Positions 47,101-58,699 of a stretch of DNA of 64,000 bases are shown here, piece after piece; position 1 is the first letter of the stretch, and each line of letters begins with the position of its first letter. The stretch spans positions 8,310 through 72,309 of the forward strand of contig CAJINV010000024.1 in the NCBI GenBank assembly GCA_905178155.1. Reading direction: 5' to 3'. Made by a program: the position numbers and the translations under genes. This DNA is from Amoebophrya sp. A120. Lineage: Eukaryota > Protista > Dinoflagellata. Under the pieces are notes generated by a model. That model was not told where the DNA came from. It saw only the letters and a list, made by a program, of their open reading frames with translations, and made no database searches.

Positions 47101-47290
47101 TCATGCAGACAGGGCCAAACGGAAACGGCATTTGCATGACAAGTGAGGGGAAACCGGAATTGTGCATTCTCATACGATGGCTGCCGCATGTGTGATCCTT
47201 CACCCAGCCTTTCTCTCGCAAAATTTTCTCCAGGTCGACCAGCCTGTACGTAGGGGGAGTGTCGGATTCCTCCTGGCGCGCAACAGCCAT
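35182..47290 (-). CDS. Large protein with C-terminal ankyrin repeats, interrupted by ~19 introners; two unresolved frame breaks
   Basis: Spliced frame reads ..KTGGGTFFHYAAKKNNKP|LFDYLVLNL..NNQG|WKALDNKWPNNGQTILHYAAKTGKEDLCHF|LILHYGADPEQKC|HHGHDAAWYAKSKK..KEVK* (TAA 35182-35184); start MAVARQ at 47290. Frame changes near 45646 and 42530 mean this may be more than one gene. Confidence 0.78.
35282..35542. mobile_element. Introner family A
   Basis: TA-ended TIRs; repeats GACAC/GGCAC. Confidence 0.88.
35587..35851. mobile_element. Introner family A
   Basis: Family A TIRs; repeats AGAAG/AGAAA; splits an ankyrin repeat. Confidence 0.92.
35947..36268. mobile_element. Introner family B
   Basis: Family B TIRs; perfect repeat AGCCC. 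Confidence 0.92.
36331..36489. mobile_element. Introner family D (opposite orientation to 6079-6228)
   Basis: TATCCTGTGCAAAAGTATCG ... CGATGCTTTTGCATTGCATA; repeats CAGCT/CGGCT. Confidence 0.9.
36539..36765. mobile_element. Introner family E
   Basis: TATGAGAGTGCACAACTC / GAGTTGTGCAGTTTCATA; perfect repeat TCCTG. Confidence 0.92.
36800..37064. mobile_element. Introner family A
   Basis: Family A TIRs; perfect repeat GGATT. Confidence 0.93.
37159..37469. mobile_element. Introner family B
   Basis: Family B TIRs; flanking repeat degenerate (only AC shared), but frame is restored (NPEQ|LRKKL). Confidence 0.88.
37511..37726. mobile_element. Introner family E
   Basis: TATGAGAGTGCACAAC / GTTGTGCACTGTCATA; perfect repeat CCTTC. 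Confidence 0.92.
37805..38441. mobile_element. Introner-like element containing a 113-bp tandem array (~4 copies)
   Basis: TATCCAGAGGAAAAACGTC / GACGTTTTTGACTCCGGGTA; repeats CGGGA/CGAGA; CCCAGGATCT at 37933, 38046, 38159, 38272; frame restored (EEFS|ALMV). Confidence 0.85.
38581..38842. mobile_element. Introner family A
   Basis: Family A TIRs; repeats GAGGC/GGGGC. Confidence 0.92.
38907..39218. mobile_element. Introner family A with an internal 103-bp perfect palindrome
   Basis: Family A TIRs; repeats GCCAA/GCCAG; 51-bp arms at 38983-39033 and 39035-39085. Confidence 0.92.
39312..39458. mobile_element. Introner family D
   Basis: Family D termini; repeats CGTGT/CGTGC. Confidence 0.9.
39521..39671. 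mobile_element. Introner family D
   Basis: Family D termini; perfect repeat TGGAC. Confidence 0.92.
39972..42130 (-). mobile_element. Spliced-leader-capped retroposed sequence (non-autonomous retroelement or retrocopy)
   Basis: Begins exactly with DinoSL; flanked by CATGGAGAGCCTGCA at 39957 and 42153; no long ORF. Confidence 0.8.
42110..42130 (-). other. Dinoflagellate spliced leader (relict, genomic copy)
   Basis: Reverse complement reads CCGTAGCCATTTTGGCTCAAG, the conserved DinoSL; followed by ACTTTG rather than a GT donor. Confidence 0.95.
42270..42425. mobile_element. Introner family D (terminal T changed to G)
   Basis: GATCCTGTGCAAAAGTATCG ... GCTTTGCATTTGATA; perfect repeat AAATG. 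Confidence 0.88.
42950..43211. mobile_element. Introner family A (inverse orientation of 4838-5097)
   Basis: Family A TIRs; repeats AAGCC/AAACC. Confidence 0.92.
43282..43543. mobile_element. Introner family A
   Basis: Family A TIRs; perfect repeat GAGCA. Confidence 0.93.
45803..46069. mobile_element. Introner family A (terminal A changed to G)
   Basis: Family A TIRs; perfect repeat CGTAG. Confidence 0.9.
47013..47174. mobile_element. Degenerate family E introner
   Basis: One end TTGTGCATTCTCATA; GCATGACAAG motifs; removal joins CGSHR|LRFFCW. Confidence 0.6.
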
Positions 47291-48240
47291 CTTGCTCTGC
47301 CTTCGATTTATAGATATACGGATGGAAAAAAAGAGGCTGTCGGAACGACTATTGTCGAAAAAACGCGAGAAACATCAAAGCAAAGTGCGAAATCAGGAAA
47401 GCTCCATTATTCGATGCACAGAGGTCAACTCTAAAAATCGCTACCACTAGAAGAGAAGTACATAACGTAAGTCTTTAAAACCCGATCATGCTATTGCTTA
47501 CATATTGAAAGGCCACATCGGGCATCGTTTCGTTTGAAAACGTACATACTGCAAGTACAGAAGTAAAGAATAATCACCACCATGATCCAGCTTGTCTTCT
47601 GTCGGTTACGGGAGCTCAAGAGGGTACGAAAATGGAGCCTTGTTGAAATTCTAGCGCACTTTTCAGACGATGGGGTACGCGATTCTGTTCAGCGTCGAAC
47701 CGTTTCTGATGCGTTTTTGTTCTTCTTTGAATCCTTTTTGATGAAGGGACGATGGGCCGCTATCTATCACACGACCACAGGTATTAAAAGCAGCCGAGCT
47801 GAACGAAGGTGACGTCGTGACTAAGTGCGCACGAAGCTTTTCCGAACGACAGATTACTCGCACATCGGGATACGAAGACTACGGCTTTCGGAGCACGATT
47901 GCAACACACGAGCTACTTGTTCAGATCTGTACGTATTCCCTGTCGGAGTCCCTTTTTCTACAGAAATAAACCGTGTCACCAACCCTGACAATAAGACTGG
48001 GGCTATCTATTCACAATTGTACTGGACGAGGAAGCACAGACAATTTGTTCTACAGCTATTGGATGCAGTGGATCGGTAACTGTACGAAGCGGATCGGTAG
48101 CTATTGGCACGAGTATGACTTGCCCCACCTCGAATACGATGAGCCTTCTTTCGTCGAGGAACAGAAAACGATACCGAATCGAAACAACGAACACAAAGCA
48201 CCAAAAAAAACATCCCCATATCGAAAAGGAAACTTGTGAT

Positions 48241-50290
48241 GCTGGTACGCACTCTCTTCAAGGTTTTTGCGTATTTCGGTCCTGGTAAATGTTTTAACAT
48301 CCGGGGAAATTACTCGTCGCTACTGCTTCTGCATGTTGCAAGCGGTACGCATTTTCCTTGATCTTTCTTCGTAGTCCGCCCCGGGAGAGAAAGAAATCTT
48401 CTGGGCTAATTACTTCCTCTGACTGCTTCCCGCTATCTTGTTCTGGTACGCATTTTCTTCAAGGTTTTTGCGTAGTCCGCTCCTGGTAAAGGTTGCAGCT
48501 GCCGGGGAAATTAGTCGTAGCTATTGCTTCTGCATGTTGCAAGCGGTACGCATTTTCCTGGGTCTTTCTTCGTAGTCCGCCCCGGGAGAGAAAGAAATCT
48601 TCTGGGCTAATTACTTGCTCTGACTGCTTCCCGCTATCTTGTTCTGGTACGCATTTTCTTCAAGGTTTTTGCGTAGTCCGCTCCTGGTAAAGGTTGCAGC
48701 TGCCGGGGAAATTAGTCGTAGCTATTGCTTCTGCATGTTGCAAGCGGTACGCATTTTCCTGGGTCTTTCTTCGTAGTCCGCCCCGGGAGAGAAAGAAATC
48801 TTCTGGGCTAATTACTTGCTCTGACTGCTTCCCGCTATCTTGTTCTGGTACGCATTTTCTTCAAGGTTTTTGCGTAGTCCGCTCCTGGTAAAGGTTGCAG
48901 CTGCCGGGGAAATTAGTCGTAGCTATTGCTTCTGCATGTTGCAAGCGGTACGCATTTTCCTGGGTCTTTCTTCGTAGTCCGCCCCGGGAGAGAAAGAAAT
49001 CTTCTGGGCTAATTACTTGCTCTGACTGCTTCCCGCTATCTTGTTCTGGTACGCATTTTCTTCAAGGTTTTTGCGTAGTCCGCTCCTGGTAAAGGTTGCA
49101 GCTGCCGGGGAAATTAGTCGTAGCTATTGCTTCTGCATGTTGCAAGCGGTACGCATTTTCCTGGGTCTTTCTTCGTAGTCCGCCCCGGGAGAGAAAGAAA
49201 TCTTCTGGGCTAATTACTTGCTCTGGCTGCTTCCTGCTGTCTTCTTCTGGTACGCATTTTCTTCAAGGTTTTTGCGTAGTCCGCCCCTGGTAAGTGTTGC
49301 AGCTTCCGGGGAAATTACTCGTCGCTACTGCTTCTGCATGTTGCATGTGGTGCGCTTTATTCTTTATCTTCCTTCGCAGTCCGCTCCGGGAGAGAAAGAA
49401 GTCTTCTGGGCTAATTACTTGCTTTGACTGCTTCCCGCTATCTTCTTCCGGTACGCATTTTCTTCAAGGTTTTTGCGTAGTCCGCTCCTGGTAAAAGTTG
49501 CAGCTGCCGGGCAAATTACTCGTAGCGACTGCTTTTGCATATCGCCTGTGGTGCGCATTATTCTTGACCTTCCTTCGCAGTCCGCTCCGGGAGAGAAAGA
49601 AACCTTCTGGGCTAATTACTTGCTCTGACTGGTTCCCGCTATCTTCTTCCGGTACGCATTTTCTTCAAGGTTTTTGCGTAGTCCGCTCCTGGTAAAAGTT
49701 GCAGCTGCCGGGCAAATTACTCGTAGGGACTGCTTCTGCATGTTGCCTGTGGTGCGCATTATTCTTGATCTCCCTCCGCAGTCCGCTCCGGGAGAGAAAG
49801 AAATCCTCTGGGCTAATTACTTGCTTTGACTGCTTCCCGCTATCTTCTTCCGGTACACATTTTCTTCAAGGTTTCTGCGTAGTCCGTTCCTGGTAAAAGT
49901 TGCAGCTGCCGGGCAAATTACTCGTAGCGACTGCTTCTGCATGTTGCATGTGGTGCGCATTATTCTTGATCTTCCTTCGCAGTCCGCTCCGGGAGACAAA
50001 GAAATCTTCTGGGCTAATTTATTACTTGCTTTGACTGCTTCCCGCTATCTTGTTCCGGTACGCATTTTCTTCAAACTTTTTGCGTAGTCCGCTCCTGGTA
50101 AAGGTTGCAGCTGTCGGGCAAATTACTCGTAGAGACTGCTTCTGCATGTTGGATGTGGTGCGCATTATTCTTGATCTTCCTCCGCAATCCGCCCCGGGAG
50201 AGAAAGAAACCCTCTTGGCTAATTACTTGCTTTGACTGCTTCCCGCTATCTTCTCCTGGTGCGCATTTTCTTCAATAATTCGCTCAACAT
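48241..50290. repeat. Tandem satellite, 201-bp monomer, ~10 copies
   Basis: Units start at 48493, 48694, 48895, 49096; the first three are identical and later copies diverge. Confidence 0.95.
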
Positions 50291-52317
50291 CGCACTGCCC
50301 CGCTATCTTTTGCAGGTACGTACTTACCGGTAGCTTCTGGAACTATCAATATGCGGAGAGCCACTTCTCGGACGCAGCAACTAACGTGCCTCACAACTCG
50401 GAATTCGTGCGTATCGGTTTCAAATAGAATCACAAGTAAATTCGTTGTACAACACTGATTCTCTTTGACACGCAGCCGTGCTTTAGAAGTGAACAAACGC
50501 TTGACGAGGTACTATATTAAGTTCGTTCAACAGATGCCGGCCAACACAGATCTTTCGTGCGCATAAGAGCTTCATCATGCTCGTCGATTGACGAAGGACG
50601 AAGAACACGGGACACAGAAGTAAAGGAAATTTCTTCCTTCCAACTGCGGTGGTGTTGGGAGGAAGTCGGCTATCGCTCTATGCATGTTGATGCACGTTCT
50701 GTCTCTGTGCAATTTGAATGTGATCAACGTTTGGACGTACACGGAGCACAACATTCATGAACCAACCTTGATTATGTGCAAAGCTCCTAGGACAAGAAGA
50801 GCATGGTCAAAACAATCTCCACCATATTCGTTAGATGTGGGCCTTCTGCAGGGCCTGAGAGAAGCTCATCACTTGCAGCTCGAATTTGAATATACCATAG
50901 ACCACGGCGAGTGGGTACTACTACTCGCGCAAAATAATTTGTAAGTAAAGACTATTTCTTTTCGGACTTTAAACAATACTTAGCATGGCCACGGATGGTC
51001 TAAGTGACCAGCAGCAGCTGAGTAGAAACGTCTCGCGTTCGTGAGGACTACTGGATGGAGCACATCATTATCCGAGATTGAAACATGAGTGATTATTATC
51101 TTACAGTGGCACTATGGTGGTCCAATAGTTGTGCTGTCAGTGAGCTTTGATCTGTAGTACGAAAAAGGCGCTTTCGTGCTTGTCTTTTCTGGCCCTTTCC
51201 TCCCGGACACGCAGGTGGTATCGTACGGAAAAAACATCCTGGTCAAGGTCGGCTAACTAACGGCAGCATCCGTTTTTTTGTTTTATTTTTCTTTCCCAAG
51301 CACAGCGATTTTCGTGTGAAGCCCTTAATTATGAACGATGTTGGTACGTTTGTGAGGTCGACGACGCGCCACCAACACACGATAAATGATGCATCGGCTT
51401 TTCTCTCTCGACTTGACCATGGATATTTCAATCCTCTTCGCCTTCCTTGTCCGCCTCGCCGCCCACCTCCTCCGGTTCCGTTTTTTCGGAATCCTCCAGT
51501 TCCTGCTATCACACGCAAACCTACTCGTGCCGTGCAATCAAATCTTTTGGTCACAGTCACAACAGAAAGCAAAATTTAAATTACGGTCTAGAAATATGAA
51601 ACAAAATCCTACTGCGGAGTCATTGCAAACTCTCACCTTGTATGGTTGTACTGCATTATTTACGTACGATAGCTCTTCGTGTTCGTCTGCGCCGTCCTCT
51701 GGTTTGGCATCCAGCCACCTGCTCACCTCCTTATTTGCCTTCGGAAGAGAATCCAGGAACTACAAAAAAGGGTTTGCTAGCTTCCGAGGATGCAACTATT
51801 ACTTCCACACGAAAACTGCCTGTCGCGCAACGGCACCTGCGTTTGCCGTTCAAAGCTGAACAAACAGACAAAGACGCAGTTGTTTTACATGCAACTATTG
51901 TAGTTCTGCTATGGTATCCATATCCTACCATCAACCTACGAGTACACCCTGGATACACTTGGAAATTCTGCCGTGCAGCGGCTTCTGCTCCGTTCCCTTT
52001 TCCCGGACCTTAAGAATTTGAGGCAGATCAAAGTCGTGTAATTGTTGCATGAAAAAGGAAACCATACGAGCCACAATAGCAAAAGGAAATTTTTGATGAG
52101 CGCTTTTATGTAATTGCGCTGCTACAGATTCTAGTACGAACGTTGTCGGTGGCGGAGAATGTTGCTACATTGATTGTAACAAGGAAAGGTGCGGAGCACA
52201 ATTTTTGGTTCTTGTAAAGTGCGCCACGAAACCAGTATCTATCAGAACTTGCTCCAAAGAAACAAAAGCCAGTGAACTTCTATGAGACCCCGTTCTAAAT
52301 TGCACCCAGGCCACAAT

Positions 52318-52570
52318 TATCAACTGCAAAAATGTCTGGGTCTGGAAGAATTCATGTTTGTCATGCTTGTCTGGCATGGCTCTTTAAATCTGTCATGCAC
52401 GTTACCCAAGAGCTCCGTTTTTCTGTAATGCAGAAGCGCAGTTTGTCATGCAGAATAGGCAACACCTAGGAGCTCAGAAACTTGTCATGCTGAGCCAGCA
52501 TTTGTAGCCTCATCATGAGAGGCCACCCAGCATCACAAGTTTCCAGACCCAGACATTTTTACTTTTGATA
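52318..52570. mobile_element. Introner family A, close relative of 27722-27973; host gene unresolved
   Basis: Family A TIRs; repeats ACAAT/GCAAT. Confidence 0.88.
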
Positions 52571-52627
52571 GCAATCAGTTCTAGTCGAAGAAGACCACGA
52601 TATGGAAAATATGCAAAGACGACCCTG

Positions 52628-52882
52628 GATCAATTGCAAACATGTCTGGGTCTGAAAACTTTGATGCTGAATTGCGGATGATTGAAGCCCGTGCCCTGTG
52701 AGCCAGGCGTGCCAAGTTTTCGAGACGCCCTCTTATGCCTAGCACGCACTACAAATTGTGTTTTTGCATGACAAAGGAATTTCGGAATTTCTGCTTTGCT
52801 GGACATTTCGGTTCCAGGAATACAACAAACGCATTTGCAAATTCCATTCTTCCACCAGACCCAGACATGTGTGCAACGCATA
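52628..52882. mobile_element. Introner family A; host gene unresolved
   Basis: GATCAATTGCAAACATGTCTGGGTCTG / CAGACCCAGACATGTGTGCAACGCATA; repeats CCCTG/CCGTG. Confidence 0.82.
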
Positions 52883-53158
52883 CCGTGGATCATCTATCAG
52901 GCTGCATCACAGAATGGCATCAGCCACAAGCGAAACTGTGAACTCCTTCGTGCACCCGTTGATACACATGGCACCGGCTCCTACGATGAAAACCGCGATG
53001 GCAGCGATTGCGAGGTGGTACGCACTGCACGTGATGTTGGTGTCAGCACCTTTGTTGTAATTTATGTAATTTATTCGTTTTTGCCGAGTTCGCATAAGCA
53101 CAACGCCTCACGACTTGGCGCCGTAGCCTTGATACCATGTTGAAGACACTACATGTTG

Positions 53159-54091
53159 TTAGTTTAGAACAGAAGAGGAAAACAGTGATGCGTATTTTTG
53201 GTTTTGATTCTGACCTGTTTGTGCTTCCAGGTCGTCGTCCCCGAGTTCCTTGGCCTCGATGCCATGGTTGTCGTTGCTACCCGTGGCGGACTGGTTGCGC
53301 TTTTTTGAGATAGCCTTGTCGGTACTACCCTTTGATGTGGATGTCGATTTCTTCATGGAAGTACTCTTCGCACCCCCTGACTGCTCTGAAACCGCTACTA
53401 TACCGTTCTGGATTTTCGCCGCTGTCGTGGGAGCAGTTACTTGCCTCGCGGCTGCTTTCATCGCAGTTGTGACTTTCGTAGCCGTGTTCTTTATTGCTGC
53501 TATTGCCGGGGCAGATATTTTTGTACCGGCTGTTTTCATCGCGGCCGTGACCTTCGTGGCCGTCTTCTTCATAGTTTCTTTTGCGGGGGCAGTTACTTGT
53601 TTCGCAGCCTTCTTCACCTCATCCGCCCCGCGTTTGATTGCTTTTGCGAGGGTCTCCTTCGCTGTAGCTGCTTTGACGCCCGGCGACATTTTCATCACGA
53701 CGGCTTTCATCATTTCTATCCAATGGAAAAATGAAAATCTTGCGGCAAGTGAAAACAAGCATGTCCACATAAAACCCGAAGCAGGCGAATCATGGGTCGG
53801 CTGCAGTGTAGTTGGGTGACTAAGCATGCGTATTGGCTAACACGACGTTCGCGAAACAAGTCGGTTTGGTATATCTTTAAGACACGGCAAACAGAGTTTT
53901 TTTCATTGGATAACTTTCTTCATGGCTGTTGTAGCTTGTGCTCCTTTTACTTTCATCGGCGTTTTTTTTCCGGCATCGGAGGTTGCGCTGCGGTCTTTCT
54001 TCGCGGCACGACGTTCTCTGTCTCGCTTCTGTTCTGCCGTTGGGCGACCTTTGCTTCGCGGCCGACCGGGACCTTTACCGGACCGCGCCAT
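53159..54091 (-). CDS. Basic Lys/Ala/Thr-rich protein with AT-hook-like N-terminus (H1/HMGA-like composition)
   Basis: MARSGKGPGRPRSKGRP...TTAMKKV|MKAVVMKMSPGVKAATAK...KVTAAMK repeats after removing 53717-53912. Confidence 0.7.
53717..53912. mobile_element. Diverged family C introner
   Basis: TATCCAATGGAAAAA / TTTTTTCATTGGATA; repeats ATTTC/ACTTT; frame restored. Confidence 0.75.
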
Positions 54092-54899
54092 CTTGATCAA
54101 TGCTACTGTCGGATATGGAGGCTCAGCTCACTATATTAGAACTACTGTGGGCTTGCGTGCGTCCTCTAGTAGAGGTTTAGGTTCTGCTTTTGCACACATG
54201 CTCACACACTACTTTTTGTTTCCACTCTCCAAGCAAGTAAGCTTCATCCCTCCCGTTTACAATTTCGTTTGCGCTGACAGACTCTCTCATGCTGCCACAT
54301 CATCTCTACTAGAAGCGCTGCCAAAGCAAAACGAAAGCCCTGGAGGCCTCACAAAAGAGTCGCACTTCAGGAGAAAATCGGCTTCTTCATCCTCGGGGAC
54401 CGCAGGAAGGCGCACGAACAACATTGAACCATCGTTCCTCTTCGAACAGGGGTGCTTCGCACGAGAGATGCGCGTTCGCGAGCCCAGGCAGAAAGTCGCA
54501 GTTGCTTTTTCTTTTTGTCAGAAGTTTTAGCAAATTTTACCGTTGAATACAGTCAAAGTTCGTTTCAGAAAATCCAAATTTGTAGTAACACCCATCACTC
54601 GGTATCTTTGTCAACGGTATTGCGGAGTTTGTTAAGCGACTACGCTGGTTGAGTCGTGGCATTTTTATTTTTTTCCCCGAGATTTAAAAGTGAACCTGAA
54701 CGCCTAAGCAGAAAACATTACAAATAAAATTACACCTAATCATACAATAAGGTCGTAAAGCTACTTCGGGTTTGATCCAGAGGCAGACCTCCTCCGACAA
54801 GGACTCGATACTTATTGATTGAGATGAAGTTTAGGTTTGTTTCCCGTGACAGTTTCACCACACACTGCCGCGACCGTGTTGAGAAGTACTGCTTCACCA

Positions 54900-56348
54900 C
54901 TACGCCTCGCCTCCCGGCGAGCTCGATCCTTGCAGACCCGCTGTGCTTTTCGGCGGCGTTCGATGTTCGGACTCTTCGGACGTAGAAACCTCCTCGACGC
55001 GGGGGGCGGAGAACTCATTTTCGATCGCTGCTACCAGCGCCAGCTTGCCGACGTCGTCGCCGGCTAGTCCCCGTGCCAAAGCGTACATCTGCTTTTTTAA
55101 TTCCTGCATGGCGAGGCGCTGCATATTCACGGGCGGCTTTTTCGACGATGTTTTTCTCTTGCGCTTGCTCGGCGTGACGCTAGGGTTGTCCTCACGCTGG
55201 GCAGTAGTATTGGCAGCGGGGCGGGTTTTAGCTGCGTGGTCAGTGGTGTTGCCGTGCTGCAGTGGGCTTGCAGTCGTGTTCCCTCCGCCCAAGCTTGTGT
55301 TCACTCCAGTGGCCCAATTTTCACAGCGGCTTCGGCTGGGCGCGTCGCAGGCGGCGAACCCGTACTGGGATCCGGGGACGCCGAAATCGCACACCGTCCC
55401 TGCTGCGAACTTGATTGCCAGGCCGTACAGCAGGGTCGATAGGACAACACCGAGCAAGCCTCCGCAGAGGACGAGACAACAGTCTTTTCCGTTCCATCCT
55501 GTTCGCCCGACCGTTCTCCGGCAGGGAACTTCATCTAGGGAAGCGGGAGTAGTTCTCGTTGCGCTGCGCAGCTCGTACTTGTTGTCGTCGCGTGGTGGTT
55601 TCGCTGCGATCGCAGTTGTTTTTGAGTTGCTCGGCTTCGTCGTCGCGGCCTCGATCCATTCTCCCGCTTCCTTCTCCGTGCCGCCAGATGCGAGATTTTT
55701 CACACCCTGCTCCATCCTCTCGAGAGGGCCAAGCTTGGGTCGCTGGGCTTTCGGGACTTCCGCTGTGTTCGCCTTCAAATCTTTCGAGATCTCGCCCAAG
55801 TCCGCTTCCAAGCTGGATCGATGATGTACTCTCCGGTGCTTTTCTTCCCCCAGCTCCGCTGCTGCTTTTATCCGGCTGTCAACAAAAGCCCGAAGCTGTT
55901 CGTCGCACTTGTCTATCTCCTCCCGTGCGTACTTCTTCGTTTGGGACCCAAACTGCTCGAGGTCGGCTTTGGACGCGAACTTCTTTGCAAGATCTTCTGA
56001 GAAGGCAGCGTTTTTCTGGTCCATCTCCGACCGCAGTGTGGTAGAACTCTGCTCGTGTCGTTTGGAGATTTCTTCGAACTTTTTCGTGGTGTTGCTTTCG
56101 ACCTCATCAACCTTCGCTTCAGTTGCTGTGTTTCTACTTTGGATGTCATCGCGAAGCTCGGCCGCTGCTTCGTCTATTTTTTTGTCCAGGGCCTTCAACT
56201 TTTCTTTGCAATAGCTCTTCACCGTGCCTTCCTCGTCAGAGGTCGACGAAGTTTTATTTTTCTTGCTTGTCTTCGTCGTGTCAGCTGCCGTTGGTGGCGG
56301 AGGCGCGGTGGAGGGGGCCTTCCCGCCGCTAGAAGTGGAGGACGACAT
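54900..56348 (-). CDS. Hypothetical coiled-coil membrane protein
   Basis: Long open frame from MSSSTSSGG; charged helical region; TM CCLVLCGGLLGVVLSTLLYGLAI. Confidence 0.7.
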   Translation of the reverse strand: MSSSTSSGGKAPSTAPPPPTAADTTKTSKKNKTSSTSDEEGTVKSYCKEKLKALDKKIDEAAAELRDDIQSRNTATEAKVDEVESNTTKKFEEISKRHEQSSTTLRSEMDQKNAAFSEDLAKKFASKADLEQFGSQTKKYAREEIDKCDEQLRAFVDSRIKAAAELGEEKHRRVHHRSSLEADLGEISKDLKANTAEVPKAQRPKLGPLERMEQGVKNLASGGTEKEAGEWIEAATTKPSNSKTTAIAAKPPRDDNKYELRSATRTTPASLDEVPCRRTVGRTGWNGKDCCLVLCGGLLGVVLSTLLYGLAIKFAAGTVCDFGVPGSQYGFAACDAPSRSRCENWATGVNTSLGGGNTTASPLQHGNTTDHAAKTRPAANTTAQREDNPSVTPSKRKRKTSSKKPPVNMQRLAMQELKKQMYALARGLAGDDVGKLALVAAIENEFSAPRVEEVSTSEESEHRTPPKSTAGLQGSSSPGGEA

Positions 56349-57371
56349 CCTGTTGTTTCGCTGACTCGCAAGCACAAAATCAGGCTCAGGTGTCCCAGCC
56401 GACGGCCGCTCGGAGGTAGAAGACGAGAAAACTGTCAAGGAGCACACGTCGATGGCGCGTCATGTTGCTGATCTTTAAGAAACTGTAAGTTCCAATCATA
56501 TTTGCTGCTAATTAGGTAGATGCGCGCTTCTTACTCGAGATGCTGTGGTTAGGAAAAAAAACACATCGTATGGAATTTTCATCAACTTGTGGTAGGTACT
56601 TGTAACGTTGGGCATTACTAGCACTAGCTGCAGAAGCAGAAAACGAAGTACTGTTCTGACGAAAAGATTTGAACCCGATCTGATTCAGACCATCGAAAAG
56701 CAGATATGCTTTATCGCTCACGATCACGAATCACGACAAAGAGGGTCTTGATAAATCTAGATCGCGGGGGCCGATTTCGAGATAAACGGCACACAAGGAA
56801 ATGACTCTGAAAGCATTGGGACATCGAAGATCGACAAAAGTTGCAATACACGGCCCATCTTTATCTCACACGAAAATACACCTCATCGATGAACCTATCC
56901 TTGTTTAAGATCCACCCATGACAAACGTGTCAATCCAAGGACATCACCAAAGACTTCGATGCACGAATACCGCACGGGCCCTGCGAGTGGACGAAAAAGA
57001 ACACACGTGTAACTACTAAGTATCAATCGTCATTGATAATATTGCTAGAAGACATTGGCAATCCTGTATAGAGAGGAGTTCTTTTGCGAAGAAACAACCA
57101 CCTGTGCACGAGTGCATGAGAGCTCATCAACGCGGCGTGCCGTATTCTGCTAGCACAGCTACTGTGTCATTATAGTCATACTTCCGTCCATTTTTCGCGT
57201 TTTTCAAGTATTCAGATCGGGGGGCGTACAGCTCAAGGATTTTTGGTACAGAGAGTCAGTTTTTTTTTTTTTTCATTTCATTCAAGATCAAGCTTCGAAC
57301 TCACAACGAGTTGGAGTCATTGTCAACATCGTCACCGTCGTCCGAAGGAGTAATCGTTGGTTGTTTGTCTG

Positions 57372-57635
57372 TATGCGTTGCAAATATATCTGGGTCTGGA
57401 AAAATAGAACTTGCATGTAATCCCACTGCTGCAATCCTGTAAAATCTGTATATGCATATCGGCTGTACAAAAAGACGCCTTCTTTTGTCATGCAGAAGCG
57501 TGGTTACAGATATGGACTGCGCATGCGAAGGTGTTCGGAAAACTTGTCATGCTTGGCTGCAGTGGGAAGTATTTCAATCATCCACAGATCAGCATCACAA
57601 GTTTTCAGACCCAGACAGATTATTTGCATTCGATA
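57372..57635. mobile_element. Introner family A; host gene unresolved
   Basis: TATGCGTTGCAAATATATCTGGGTCTG / CAGACCCAGACAGATTATTTGCATTCGATA; flanking repeat degenerate. Confidence 0.8.
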
Positions 57636-58699
57636 GCTGCTGCTCTGCTTGACCCTCCGCTTGGAGAGGATCACTTGGTACGGATATCAGATGGAGAAAA
57701 TTTCGCTTTCCCCACTCACAAATCCGGTTCTTTTTCTGCGGGCGACGCGCAGAGTCTGAATCGCTAAAAGATTATGTCAAAGGAGAATAGGGCTAGCTCG
57801 CGCTGCTCTGTCCAAGTGGTGGTAGGACAAGCAACAGCAGGCTCAGCTAGATCTAGAACCTCAAACCTAAACTCGGCATTTGTGCATAGATCATGTTGAC
57901 TGCAAAGCAAAAAACGGGCTACTTACGAGTCAAGGGGAAGACGAAATATTTCTCCAACGATAACTGATTGCGCAGCGTGGCTACTTCTTTTATGATTTCT
58001 CCGATTTCAGTGGTTGGTGCGTGCTTCTGGATATGTTCCAGTCGTAGCCGTGTCTTGACGACGGTAGGGTGTGTTGCCTAGTGTTTCATCATAATGAAAT
58101 TTACCTTGTTTGGTCTTTGACCGCACTGAAGACCAATGTTCTCCATCGTGCTTACACTATCACTACTGCGCCCAAATTACCGGCTGGCGCCTTTACTGTC
58201 ATCACACTTTTTCTAACGTTGTGAAGAGACATTCACATTGCTCTACTAGTACTACCACTATTCATTGCGTTCCTAATGAAAGTAAAAACTTCAGTACGTC
58301 CTCCTGCATCAGAAATTCCCGCATTTCCTCCCATCCCGGAATGACGTGCCCGGACCATAATCGCAAGACGGTCAACGAGTCCTTCACGCGTTGTTCCAAT
58401 ATGCATCTCAAACTGCTCACTTCTCATTTTTCGACCCAATTTAGTGTATCTATCAACAACGCTCGACGCGAGTCGTGAAGTGTCATTCAGACAGTTGCTC
58501 AGTGGATCTGCATAAGTACTATGCTCAGACGTTGTGAAGTGCAATGTACTATATCAAGCAAAAGTGGCAGTAAACAGGATAAGGAGCTGCTTGCGCGATC
58601 GTATCCACCTGCGAGAGCCTGTTCTCCCGTAATTCTCGGCTGAAGTTCATCTGCGTGTCGCTCCACTTTTGCAGAATAACCTGAGTGTTGATTTGGAGA

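Noticed and set aside
48493-49896. Tandem 65-aa ORFs
   Set aside because: Translations of the 201-bp satellite with non-ATG starts; no sign of coding constraint.
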